A stretch of DNA of 64,000 bases from Macrostomum hystrix. Its lineage: Eukaryota; Animalia; Platyhelminthes. Below, one piece after another: positions 11,009 to 23,171 of this stretch (positions are counted from its first letter, which is position 1; each line of letters starts with the position of its first letter). Location: positions 29,264,001 to 29,328,000 of the forward strand of contig CATNEN010000038.1 of assembly GCA_950097015.1 (NCBI GenBank), in the 5' to 3' direction. The position numbers were made by a program, and so were the translations under genes. Below the pieces are notes generated by a model that did not search any database, had not been told where the DNA came from, and saw only the letters and a program-made list of their open reading frames with translations.

Positions 11009-13269
11009 TTCCTCAGAGACACTGAAATATAAGAAAATTAATTAGCCTGTTAAAATAAGTCCCATAACAAAGTAAACAAAATATTTGCATTACTCATTAG
11101 CTAAACATGAAATATATATAACAAATTCATTGCCCTTGGCCTAACTTTGAATTGTTTCTGCATACCAAAATTTGTTTTTATGCTATAATTGTAATAGGAA
11201 AATAGAGTTAGGACCTACATTCTATTATGGATATAGTTTGATAATTAATATATGTAATAATAAACAGATTAAACAATTAAACAATTATACATAGCACTGA
11301 AGCCTCGTGTTTCAATATAATAGGTAGTAATGAGCAATCCAATATAATATAGCACCAAACATGTTATTGTGGATATAGATGCCACTAGAGGAATTCCTCC
11401 AGATGACTCTCAAAGAGATCTGGGTAGGTCCCATGCATCTGGCAAAACTTGGCCTTTACATGTGCCCAGGTTCATTCTATAGGTTTCATTTAGGCCCCCT
11501 TGAGGCTTCATTATCTAACTCTTTAATTTGGTGTCTATCCAGCACAACTTCTAGAACCAAAATATACTTTATAGTTTGCACAAGTTACATAAATAACTTA
11601 TGAATTTAGTGTTGTCTCTGGCACAACTTCAGGAACCAAAGAAAGACTTTTAAAGTTGCTACTTTTCATCTAAGAGTCATTAGAATTATTTAAAAATGAA
11701 AAAATATTAATGCAAATGAAACTTCACAATTGCCTAAAGTAGATATGACATTTATATCAAGGATAGATTTAAAGAGGGAGATACAAATGGTATCATCTTC
11801 CTAGCTAAGTTTTAATATTTTATAAAAAAGTATTTAATGACAATATAATACATTATACTAAGACAAAGCATCATCATAAATATAAACATTATAATTTATA
11901 ATTTATTTCTAATTGAGAAACTTATGAATTATACTATAGGGCTTCTATCTACCAAAGAAATTTTTAGACCCCAAGAAAAATTTACTGGATCTACACCTAT
12001 GTGACATTTATCATTTGCAATTTACATTATGTAATATAATATAGGCCTAGGTCTATCCAATTTCAGAATGTGAATTTCAATGTCCAAATCACCAAATGCA
12101 TTTTCCCAGTAATAAGCAAGCTAAAATCACAAAATCAGGTTGTGCATTTGCATCATAGGTTCAATTCCAGGATGCATAAGCTCTATTCCATAGTTGTATT
12201 AGTTGGCATATAAGCACTGAGCACTCTAGACTAATCACACAAAAAGCACTGACTGGCTGACAACTAGGCCTAATTATTTAAAGACTGAGGCAAAACTTAG
12301 AACTTAGACTTAGAGACATAGGGCGAACCATTATGAAAAAAATCATTGGGGTCTAACGAATTATCGCATGTCACACAATTCTTAGTACGCTGGACAGCCG
12401 GCGTTGACATTGACATGCACCTAGCTCTCACAGGTCATACAAAACTAAAAGCGACAACACAACATGGCAATTCAGGCAATAGAGCAAGTAGACTTTGAAA
12501 GTAGAATTTGGCTCGTGCAAAAGGAGGCCATCAAAGGACTCAAGGAGTCAGTGCCAGTAAACCGGTAGTAGGCATTAGCAAGCCATTGAGGTATTGTTAT
12601 TGTTATTGGCATCTATCAAGGAAGGAATCAACTTATAGTTATAAATCAAGACTTCACTTGGTCTTGGTTGTGAAAGCGAAAACTTTTTTAAAAAGGGAAG
12701 AGGAACAAGTAACACGCGAATTAACAAACTCCTATCTACGTTTTCTAAATTGCAGTCGCTACAAATGGAAAAAAACTGTTCCAAAACAAAGCACGTTTTG
12801 TTCTTTGTAAAACCTTATAGCTTAAAAAAGCATTTAACAATTTGATTTATTGTCGCTATGTCAACCGAAAGTTCGTCATTTTAAGCGTAACTTTTTGCCA
12901 AATAAATTGCTTAACTAAAATGTAACTATAAAATTATACGTCAAGCCAGAAGAATGAGAATACTTGTTCTGGAACTTTTTAGTGCAATGATTGTGTTCAT
13001 TCATATCTAACTATGGCTTCAAATCATTTTCTGAACATAAAAAGAGCATTTCGAATTTTTTGACGTATCTGTGACCCTATTTGCCTAAATGTTATGCGAG
13101 AAAATGCATGTAGTGACTTTTAGGTACAAAATTTCGTTATAATTCATGCAACAATGTGGGAAATTATATGGTAACAATGTGGTATTGCCATTGTACGTAT
13201 ACAGTACATGTTCCAGTAAGCTGTTTATGGTATGGTCCACCTGTTTTAACATTTTCAAAGTACATGTAC

Positions 13270-14300
13270 ATGTAGTAGACGTAGACACCGACATTGTATG
13301 CTCTGTAAGCACTACAAAGTAGATGGCATGCGTCTACTTTGGATACTCTGAAAGTCAATCAAGTAGACACCGACATTTACTTTGTAAGTGCTACAAAGTA
13401 TATGACATGCATCTACTTTGGATACTTTGAAAGTCAAACCAAGTATAGTATAGTAGACACACCGAAATTATATATTTTGTAAGTACTACAAAGTATATGA
13501 CATGCATCTACTTTGGATACTTTGAAAGTCAAACCAAGTATAGTATAGTAGACACACCGACATTGTATATTTTGTAAGTACTACAAAGTAGATGACATGC
13601 GTCTACTTTGGATACTTTGAAAGTCAACCAAGTATAGTATAGTAGACACCGACATTGTATACTTTGTAAGTACTACAAAGTAGATGGCATGCGTCTACTT
13701 TGGATACTTTGAAAATCAACCAAGTAGACACCAACATTTACTTTGTAAGTACTACAAAGTATATGACATGCATCTACTTTGGATACTTTGAAAGTCAAAC
13801 CAAGTATAGTATAGTAGACACACCGACATTGTATATTTTGTAAGTACTACAAAGTAGATGACATGCGTCTACTTTGGATACTTTGAAAGTCAACCAAGTA
13901 TAGTATAGTAGACACCGACATTGTATACTTTGTAAGTACTACAAAGTAGATGGCATGCGTCTACTTTGGATACTTTGAAAGTCAACCAAGTAGACACCAA
14001 CATTTACTTTGTAAGTACTACAAAGTATATGACATGCATCTACTTTGGATACTTTGAAAGTCAAACCAAGTATAGTATAGTAGACACACCGACATTGTAT
14101 ATTTTGTAAGTACTACAAAGTAGATGACATGCGTCTACTTTGGATACTTTGAAAGTCAACCAAGTATAGTATAGTAGACACCGACATTGTATACTTTGTA
14201 AGTACTACAAAGTAGATGGCATGCGTCTACTTTGGATACTTTGAAAGTCAACCAAGTAGACACCAACATTGTATACTTGGCAAGTAACTTTAAAAGTACG
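13270..14300. repeat. ~80-90-bp subterminal tandem repeats of element A with internal palindromes
   Basis: Repeated ACTTTGTAAGTACTACAAAGTAGATGGCATGCGTCTACTTTGGATACTTTGAAAGTCAACCAAG; the core motif is the inverse of the left-end ACTTACAAAGT. Confidence 0.9.
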
Positions 14301-14872
14301 CATGGAAGTCTACTTTGTAAACTTTGCAAGTCAAAGTAAGTAGGGCAGAAACATTGCATACTTTATAAGTACTTGATTGCAACATGCTATGTACTTGGTA
14401 AACTTTATAAGTCAACTATGTCATGAAAGTACCATGATTGACTTACAAAGTTTAGCATCCCTACTCTCCTTGCATGGATAAATCATGGATGAAGCATCCA
14501 TGATGCCATGTATGGATCATACCTGAACATGTATGGAGCCATACCTGATCATACATGGTTCCACGTAAACTTCATCCATGGTTACTTTCCATCCATGTAC
14601 ATTGATGTATGATTTTAAATATAATTTTCCTTACTACACTACTGTTAGTAGAACGCAATGTTTGCGTAGGTTCATTTTAAAGCTGAAATTTTCTAAACAA
14701 ATTCGGCAGCATCTTTAGTGCTGCTGAGAAATATGTTTCCATTCCCTTATAAATCACTTTCAAAACAAAAAAGTATCAGAACAAATACTTATGCAATTAA
14801 ATGTAGAAGTAATTGAAAACTCGTATGATGACCATTTCGAGACTTATATTATTAATGATAATTAGGCATAAT

Positions 14873-15280
14873 TCATTTCAAAGTACTGTAAGAAAAAATA
14901 AGACAGCTCAGTCTCAGAGAGCTTTAAAATACAGAATGGACAGAATTTGACGCATTTCAAGGTACTGTAAGAAAAAATAAGACAGCTCAGAGAGCTTTAA
15001 AATACAGAATAGACAGAATTTGACGCATTTCAAGGTACTGTAAGAAAAAATAAAACAGCTCAGAGAGCTTTAAAATACAGAATAGACAGAATTTGACGCA
15101 TTTCAAGGTACTGTAAGAAAAAATAAAACAGCTCAGAGAGCTTTAAAATACAGAATAGACAGAATTTGACGCATTTCAAGGTACTGTAAGAAAAAATAAA
15201 ACAGCTCAGAGAGCTTTAAGATACAGAATAGACAGAATTTGACGCATTTCAAGGTACTGTAAGAAAAAATAAAACAGTAA
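14873..15280. repeat. 73-bp tandem repeat inside element B
   Basis: About 5.5 copies of CATTTCAAGGTACTGTAAGAAAAAATAAAACAGCTCAGAGAGCTTTAAAATACAGAATAGACAGAATTTGACG. Confidence 0.92.
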
Positions 15281-15606
15281 ATTTTACTGAACAGTCAATA
15301 AATAGAATTAGCCGAATTCGGTACGCATTAAGGGCAAGGGCCGACTAATCCTTTACGAAACGAAGTTAATGCTGCATTAGTCAATTATTTGCGCACAGAA
15401 ACTTGGAGATTTTGAATATGGAGAGATCGGACAAAGAGAGGTAACGGTGGGAGTCTGAGAGGGAGGAAGTTGGGCATCTGGAAAGTTATTCTGATTCCCT
15501 GATGGTTTTATCTTGGTCATGGAGCATAATTTTATTTTCTGCCAGACTTTGCAGCATTAATAATAAAATAATCGGATCTAAGGTACGGACACATACTCGT
15601 ACCTTT

Positions 15607-17907
15607 TTAATCATGTTCAAACTCTTTGAACAATGGCACAGCGCAATAACAGTCTTTGCTGAACGATTCTACTGGAACAGCGATGCAGGGTCGATCGACC
15701 TCTGAAAAATTAACTATACGTTCGCGTCTGGCCGATCTGGGCGCATTAGACAGGGATATCAATACAAAATTGAATGTCGAAGACTTTTTGAACATGGATT
15801 CCAGCAATGCTTTCCAATTAAGTAAATCGATGGGGAAAGTTGCTGCTGGTACTCGTAAAACAAAATCAAACAGCGAACCAATGGGATCCAAAATTTGCAC
15901 TCGAATAGTATTAGGCTCGAGGAACTCTGCAATAGTGCAGATTTCGCCGGACTTCAATTGGCAAAGATGGTTAGAATTTTTCGACGCACAAGCTGAGCTT
16001 GTCGAGAAAAAATGTCCATTAAAATAAGCAAGTGAGTTTCGAAGAATACCATGTGGCCTGGATGGCTCTAAAGATATAGAGTTAACTGCATCCACTACAA
16101 TAGAGTCCTTAACACAAGAAAAGTAGTGATGTAGCAACTTTTGAAACAAAAACTTGCGAACAAGCTGTGGGCCAAATGACACAGTTCCGCATAAGAACTT
16201 TTTGAACATGCCAATGGAGCTCTCAAATGCGAACATAGAATAATTAAATACAGGTCCGTACAATTCGTACTGTTCAGCCATATGCAAAAGCAGGTGGAAA
16301 TTAAGGCGGAGTACTTTCGGTCCGAATATTTGCTGAGCATTGGAGATAAAAGCTTTGCATAGCTTTTCGATATCAGTCTTATTTGATTGGGGGCTATACA
16401 ACATGTGATAAATAAGAACTAAATTAGTTAACAGCAGTTTCAATGGAAAATGCGAAATTCTCTGCAAAAACGTAGGAAGAAGAAAGTATAGCGCAAAGTT
16501 TTTAAAATGCTTTGCTTTCCAATCTGAAAAGCCTTTAAAATTTGTGTTGATTGTGATGCTAGAAGGAGTTATAGATTGACGAATACAATTAGATATGAAA
16601 TCCATGCAATTAGCTGAGCAAAAATACAACTCGCGCCTGTTTGCAGGTAATGACAGCTCTTCTAGTAGATACTTGGTGTGGCCTTCGAAAAAGCAGTGTA
16701 AACTGTCAATAGGATTGCAGCTGGGAAACGGAACATAGTCTAACAAGCAACTGCGCATCTTTACGCCAAAAACAGGCCGATTTCGAATTTGTGCGAGCCG
16801 ACAGTGTTCAAGATGGGAAGATGGGTTTCTCAAAGGAAACAAGTAGCCTTCACCATAGCGGAAGATCCAGTTTTTACCTTTCTCGGATACTTTAAAGCTC
16901 TCACCTGGGTGCAAGCACCTAGGACAGCTAAACGCACCATTGTACTGGTGAATGCAGAAGAGCTTAGCAAGAGCGGGCAAGTCACAAACAAAGAGTGTGT
17001 AATGGACATGAACGGTGTATTCCGAGAATATAAACTGTTTTGGCAAATTGTTCATAATTTCAGACAGAAAAGACTGGAAATGCGGGACTGCCTTCGATGA
17101 AACAAGAGCAATTAGAATTAAATTTGCAAAGCGTTGACGGATGTAAACAGGAAGGTTTAGAAGTTGAGCCTGAAATGGCCAAAAGCTACTCTGAACAGAT
17201 TCAAAAAAATTGGCGCCATCAGCTGAGATTAGAAGATGCAAGTGAAGCGACTTGCCAGAAGATAGGCTTAAGCCTTGTTCTTTAACTATTTTGGAATTCA
17301 AAACGTCTGTGTTTTTATCCTTTTGCAATTCTTGCTCATACTGCAGAATAGTTGAAGTGTGGCTGCTTAAGATAGTCCGCAGCTGTGGAACAATATTGAG
17401 CTGTGTCACAGCAACCTTTGACTTTGGGGAATGAACCTGACACTGGCTTTTGCATTCTGGGCAAAAGCCAAATTCAGACACGTCACTATCATCAAGAGGG
17501 CAAGTATCTTGAATCAATGATTTGAGCAACTTGACGCTATTTGGAAGAGCTAGAGAATCTCTACTAAAAATAGAAAGTAGCTTCAGGAGTCTATCAAGAG
17601 CAGCCTCTGAAACTCCGGAAGTAATTGCCCACTGAAAAATCAGAGCCGCCTGCACACTGGGATCTGAGATGGAAGCCAAATTCGCTAAGCTATCTGAACT
17701 CTCCTCAAGCACAGGCACAGCATTGTTTTCACCAATAAAAGTTTCCACAGCGTCAGGACAGCTGTGCGAGTGCGTTACACCGGCTTCGCTTGAAATTGAA
17801 CTCCTATTACTTGTAGAAAAACTATTTGAGGGAGAAGAAATCGCCTGACAAGAGTAGGCTGAGTAATTAGTAGAAAGAGAGTGCTCAGATTCTGATTTAC
17901 TAGACAT
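15607..17907 (-). CDS. CMC/EnSpm (Tnp2-like) transposase of element B, 766 aa
   Basis: Motifs ISADG, SFWP, LNLPVYIR, CDLPA, YNGAFSCPRC, GVK, DSLH, WKAKH, HLLLH..YGP..S.FAFES; ends FEHD like the transposase of A. Confidence 0.88.
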   Translation of the reverse strand: MSSKSESEHSLSTNYSAYSCQAISSPSNSFSTSNRSSISSEAGVTHSHSCPDAVETFIGENNAVPVLEESSDSLANLASISDPSVQAALIFQWAITSGVSEAALDRLLKLLSIFSRDSLALPNSVKLLKSLIQDTCPLDDSDVSEFGFCPECKSQCQVHSPKSKVAVTQLNIVPQLRTILSSHTSTILQYEQELQKDKNTDVLNSKIVKEQGLSLSSGKSLHLHLLISADGANFFESVQSSFWPFQAQLLNLPVYIRQRFANLILIALVSSKAVPHFQSFLSEIMNNLPKQFIFSEYTVHVHYTLFVCDLPALAKLFCIHQYNGAFSCPRCLHPGESFKVSEKGKNWIFRYGEGYLFPLRNPSSHLEHCRLAQIRNRPVFGVKMRSCLLDYVPFPSCNPIDSLHCFFEGHTKYLLEELSLPANRRELYFCSANCMDFISNCIRQSITPSSITINTNFKGFSDWKAKHFKNFALYFLLPTFLQRISHFPLKLLLTNLVLIYHMLYSPQSNKTDIEKLCKAFISNAQQIFGPKVLRLNFHLLLHMAEQYELYGPVFNYSMFAFESSIGMFKKFLCGTVSFGPQLVRKFLFQKLLHHYFSCVKDSIVVDAVNSISLEPSRPHGILRNSLAYFNGHFFSTSSACASKNSNHLCQLKSGEICTIAEFLEPNTIRVQILDPIGSLFDFVLRVPAATFPIDLLNWKALLESMFKKSSTFNFVLISLSNAPRSARRERIVNFSEVDRPCIAVPVESFSKDCYCAVPLFKEFEHD

Positions 17908-17956
17908 AAAAATAGCAATTCAAATATTCAAAAGTTACTAGAATTTTTTCCGCAAT

Positions 17957-19907
17957 TCACGGTCCCATTCGCCTTGAGCGGGAAATGGAATCCCCTGACT
18001 CGGGTCCAGAAGCAGCAGTTGAAGTTCGCTTTCTCGCCCGTGTCTCCTCCCTGGCCAGCTGATTGAGATGGTCTCGTACAGACTTCCAGATTTCGTGGAA
18101 GTCGTAGCCAGATGTTCGATAGCACAATTGAAGCAAACCTGAAAATTCACGAGTATAGTAAAATATTTTTACAATAGACATTGTGTACTGTGTTTATAGT
18201 AGAAATAGGCTAAATTTAAAAGGAAGTTGATTTATGATGCTAATCATTAAATAGGTCAATGGGATGTATTGAACTTTAGAACTATTTTTCCTCAATTTCT
18301 TTTATCTCAGACCTAAATGTGTTTTTTTAGAAAATATCCCAAGTATTGGATTCAGATCATTTAGCATTAATTAGCCTAAATTGCTTTATAATAAAAAAAT
18401 TGCACAAAACTGTGAAAAAATTATATATATATGTTTACGTTGAAACTCTGTCACATGCTCAGATGGAGCAGGCCTTCGGGAACTGCGAGCACCACAGGAT
18501 GAATCGATTATATGCTCAAGCAAGTAGCCTTCGCCAAATCGCAGCTTGATATACCTTCGGAGGAACACCTTAGGATCGTTGCAAAGAATTGAAGACAGCT
18601 CAGCTAGGGAACCATCAATGCACCTAAATTCCTAAAAAATGTTATTATATAGTAGAACTTTTATACTACAGACGTGATGCTGCTGATGCTAAGAAAAAAC
18701 TGACATACCTCATTTTGGTATTCTTTAATTGTTAGCATTCCACCAAAGTTGTCATCCTTTTTTAAAAGTCGGCATATCCTTGCAGCAAGACGCTTCTCAA
18801 GAGAAAGCAACTCGGATTGAATGAACAGTTTTAGATCTAGAGTAAGATATATGCTCATATATAAAAATATGGTGATTTTGATTTTTAATAATGTGATTGT
18901 ATCATATTAAAAAAATAAAATTATACCTTTCATTGTTGCATCCGATTCACTGTTTACTATCTGTACCCCTCGGAGGGGTTGCACTTCTTGAATTGCACCT
19001 AGTGATAAAAAAGGCTTATTGCTACAAAAATATTGACTCATTTGGTATTTGGTTTTCAATTAGGTGTAATAGAATATACAAACTTGATTCCAAGAGGCCT
19101 GTGGCACGAGCTTGCTCATTTTCAACCAAAGATGCCTCTCTCTCAAATGCAGAAATAGCTTTTTCTAAAAAATAATAATTAATCAAATAATACAACAAAA
19201 AAAACAAATTGCAAACAATTAATAGTTCATATATATTGCAGTTTTACCCATTGATTGAGTAGCTGGTATCGCCAAATTTGGTTCGCCACTTTCACTATCC
19301 ACTTCATAAAGCTCGTCAAGTAGTCCATGCTGATGACAACTAGAACTTGAAGCAACCTGCTTTGAACTAGATGACCTTATTGTCCTTACATTTGCAATGC
19401 CAGCTTGGGGATCTTTCATTGCAAAAAGCTCAATAGCTTGGCTAATCAATGAATCAGTATTTTCAGCCTCACTAACCAAGTTGGAAAGTTGGTTCATAGT
19501 TGAAGCCATTTGCCTTTCACTACCTTTTGCCACAAGTGTAGCAGAAAATAGTTTGCCATACATGCGTAAAAAGACTTTAGTCCCCTAAAATATAATTTAA
19601 TAAAGTAATATTACATTTGTAGTTGGAATAATTTGTTTTAGAAACCATGTACTCAATAACAAAATATTATGCATATAAATCCAACTTAAAATCTTACTTG
19701 TGCAAGTTCCAACTTTTCATCATTAGTTATTGTACTTGGCCAATAGGGAGACCCAAATGCAATGGTCACATATTGCTCATCATGGCCAACATTGTGAAGA
19801 ATAAAGCAGAAAAACAATGCTGAATTGTCATTTCCAAATTTAGAAGTACTTTTTGTCTGCTTTCGAAGAGGCCTAGAATTAGATGCACTTAATCCAATAT
19901 CATCCAT
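17957..19907 (-). CDS. spliced (about 7 coding exons) BEN-like accessory gene of element B
   Basis: Phase-consistent GT-AG joins give MDDIG...LELAQ|GTKVFLRMYGK...|EKAISAFERE|AIQEVQP|DLKLFIQSELL|EFRCIDG...VFLRRYIKLRFGEGYLLEH...EFQ|RLLQL...EIWKSVRDHLNQLAREE. Same position upstream of the transposase as the BEN gene in A. Confidence 0.65.
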
Positions 19908-21063
19908 AACAATTTCTTCTGAAAAAGTTTCACAAGGAGATAAGGTTTGAAGAATCAATCAAGAGGCCAATGACAAACCAATTAGAATTGTATATAAAAA
20001 AATTTTAATGTAGGGACCCTAGGCCCCTATGATTTTAAATAAAAATTATAATATAAGGCCTAGGCCCTATATATAGGCCTATAATTATAAAGTTGTGCCA
20101 TTGTGGATTTTCTGATACAAAGTAGACAATATTAGGCCTAATTGGGCCTAGTCTAGTCTAGTTTTGATTATAGACTGTATATTAGATACAAAGGACATGA
20201 AAGGTCTCGAAATTAAGTACCAATTACCATAATATACTATTATTTTTTATTATTTTGAAACTGTCAGCCTACCATGTGATTTTTATCATTAGGCTATGGC
20301 CTAGGTCTAGGATGCCACTTTAGACTAGGCCTTTGGCTTTGGTTAGGCCAACCTATCATTATAAAAATGCAGCAAAATATCATTCAAAAATATACATCTA
20401 ACCCCTATAGGTTATCTTTGCATCCCAAATATAATATATAATAGGGTTTCTATTTTCTAATATATCTACAAATACAATTTTCACTGAAGGAGTGAAGATC
20501 AAAATTAGCATGTCAAAAAACCTTACAAGCCACCGAATTTTAAAACTAGCTACCAAAAGTGGAACTGGAAGTATATAGCTAAGAAAAAACATAAACATAA
20601 ACATAGCACATAGTGACACATAATGAAATGATGACAACATGCAAGAGTGACAGAGTCCTCTTAGAAAGGAAAAATAGGCCTAGTAATTTATGTTTATGGG
20701 AAGTTAAGTCCGTAATTAACTAAACCGAAACAAAATGGCCAACAAAATTGCTGGTAATATATTCAAAGCAATTTGTAGGTGAAGATTTTAACAAATTTAT
20801 TAAACTATTTTTTGTATTTACAATTTCGCTTTTATTAAATATATTTAAAACTTTATTAGATATACATAAAATAGCCTGAAATTTTTTATAAGCTTAGTTA
20901 TTTATTTTCCCGTATGAACTCCCTGACATGGATGATTTTACCATGGAAAGTTTTAAAAATCCATGCATGAAAATACCATGAACATGCATGATTTATCAAT
21001 GGATCATGGATCATAGATGATTTATCCATGATAAGAGAGTAGGGATGTTTTTTTTTTCTAGGG

Positions 21064-21785
21064 TCCCGAAGTTGAGCGTCTTGTTTAGTAAGAATTTTTT
21101 GGCCAACTGCAAGCACTTTGCGGACATTCGTGTTCAGATTAAGAAGTTGTTGGACTACTCGATCTTCAACTTCAATTGCATTTGTTGGAGTCTCGGGCAA
21201 GTGACAGTAGTCTTCAATGTCCGAGTCTGAGCCCACTAAGATGGTCGCGTCAGATTCCGAGTCACTTGCGTCTGAATCTTGATTGCTGCCCTCTGTGCTA
21301 CCTTGACGGACTTCTTTGCGTTGACTTCTCGCTTCATTGTGCTCAATTCGACGCCCAGTCTGATCTTCACCAGCCTCAGCATTTGCGCTGCCTGCACGCG
21401 TTTTGTTGCACACAGATGGGCGTGACACGGCATTCGGCTCAGCTTGGTTTGGCACTCGGCTTGTCGCATTCTACAGAGCTTCACTGGGTTCGCTTCTGTT
21501 GGTCGAATCCAAAATGCTAGATGCATTCAACAGGCGCGACTGAGCTAACTTCCTTTCCAGATGCTGCTTTGCAATAAGCAGCTTGCTCTCATCACTACTG
21601 GCAGCCACCACAATGCCATTGTTACCATCAGTGAGATGGATGGTGGACTTCAGAGCCAGTGAGCGCAGGTCAGTATGCCGCAAATCTGCTGGCAAAAGAT
21701 GTGAGTATGACTTTAATTCCGCATAAGTGGAGTCTGAGCGAAAGTACAGAAGCACATATGTCACTTCTGGCGTAGGATTAGTCAA
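21064..21785 (-). pseudogene. 5' half of the split BEN-domain gene of element C
   Basis: TYVLLYFRSDSTY...SHLLPADLRHTDLR...IVVAASSDE is homologous to the N-terminus of 9989..11008; in-frame stop at 21471; ends ...QDAQLR at the insertion. Confidence 0.85.
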
Positions 21786-23171
21786 GAACCGCTTTGTTCC
21801 TGTGCGCCTTCTTGTTGAATGATTGTTGTCAGGTTGATCATTACTGCTGCTGACAGTTCTGAAAATATGTGCATAAAAGTTGTTATTTTAAATAATCAGC
21901 ATGTTAAGTCAGTCACACATTCTAAATTTTATTGCCTGAATAGCAAGAGGTTTTGCGTAACTTATTTGCTAAAATACATCCTTTGCTTTGCTATAGTATT
22001 GACTATCATAATATTACGTAAAGTCTGTATGAGTAGCTGATATAAAAAATGTGACTATTTATTTACTTATTTATTGTCCATAAAATAATTTGCACTGTGT
22101 GCAAATTTGGGCAGATTTAGTCCATTTGGAAGCCTTGAAAGACTGGGAACAAACCAGAAAGCCAGATAGTTTATGAGTAAGTAAGGAGAGGAAGAAGTGT
22201 CTTGCCACTCGGACACTTGTGCGAACGCTACCAATTTTTGGAAAGAAAGCAGCCTATCTGGCCAATTTAAGCAATATATGCATATGAACTAAAAAGGTAC
22301 ATAGCCAGCCTATGAAGTATAATTAAGTCAATTGACAAAGGAAACTCAGAGTTATTTCAAAGATTAATTCAACGTGTGAAATAAGCTATTTTTTAAATAA
22401 AAGAGTATCGGTGGGATAAAATAAGAAGAAGAGAAGAGCTCTACGACAAGTATATAGTATTGCTCATTGCCATATAACCAATTTCATTACAATGACTAGC
22501 CTATAATTTCTTCCTAGGGTAATGTAACATCAACCAAACAAGAATGTGTATTTTTTTTACTTCGAACCTAAGCTACAGATTTTCTATTTAAGATATGATG
22601 ATAAATCAAAAGCCAAGTTATAGAAAACAGTTACATCTTTCTAAAAAGTATATGCGTTTGCTATTTAATCAAATATAAAAAAGTTATTCCTGCTTTTCAT
22701 CTAAAACCGAACAATGATTTTCATGTATCTTCAAACAAAATGGAGAATTTGATGTTCAGTTTTATAATTTGAGTGAGTGGTTTAATCTTATTTTAAGGAG
22801 TGAACTATCATGAGTTTTGTCATTTGAAAGCATTTTTCATGCTTTATAAATAACTACAATTATGGTTATTTAATTGGCATACAACCACATACAATCTTCA
22901 TCTAAAGTATATACTGAAAAATGTTGTTAAAAACCTTCAGATTATGAGACTTGTGTTCGCTTCAGCTAGAGTTCATCCGATCGGGGAAATTGCTGATCCG
23001 AAATATCTTACTTGTCGCTAGGCAGAACTGACTTCTTAATTTGTAATAATAAAAAACGATTAATGACAGTGTGCTCCGGGTCTAACACTCGAATCTTTAT
23101 CGCGTCCGTCAATACCCGTCGGTTAACTTATAATCAACTGACTGGAAATTGACTAGCTCAGTTTGATGAAC

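Larger units (their letters stand above)
5727..14456 (-). mobile_element. CMC/EnSpm-like DNA transposon 'A' (BEN gene + transposase); right terminal 18 bp missing
   Basis: Left end CCCTAG(A)9CAA-GCTAAACTTTGTAAGT; inverted copy ACTTACAAAGTTTAGC at 14441-14456; subterminal repeat arrays at both ends. Confidence 0.85.
14456..21063 (-). mobile_element. CMC/EnSpm-like DNA transposon 'B' (spliced BEN gene + transposase); left terminal 16 bp missing
   Basis: Right end GAGAGTAGGGATG(T)10CTAGGG; left inverted copy CATCCCTACTCTC...CATGGATAAATCAT at 14456; CATGGA/TCCATG subterminal motifs at both ends. Confidence 0.85.
4811..21900 (-). mobile_element. outer CMC/EnSpm-like DNA transposon 'C' (left end at 4811; right end not found, so the end coordinate is approximate)
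   Basis: Starts CCCTAGTAAAAAAAAACATC with ACTTACAAAGT subterminal motifs and interrupts Gypsy gag. Carries a BEN gene split by a 15.3-kb insertion. Confidence 0.65.

Noticed and set aside
12317-13080. Possible insertion with ATAGGG...CCCTAT ends inside element A
   Set aside because: Only 6 bp are inverted and there is no TSD.
13270-14300. CRISPR-like palindromic repeats
   Set aside because: No unique spacers, no cas genes and a eukaryotic context; they are transposon subterminal repeats.
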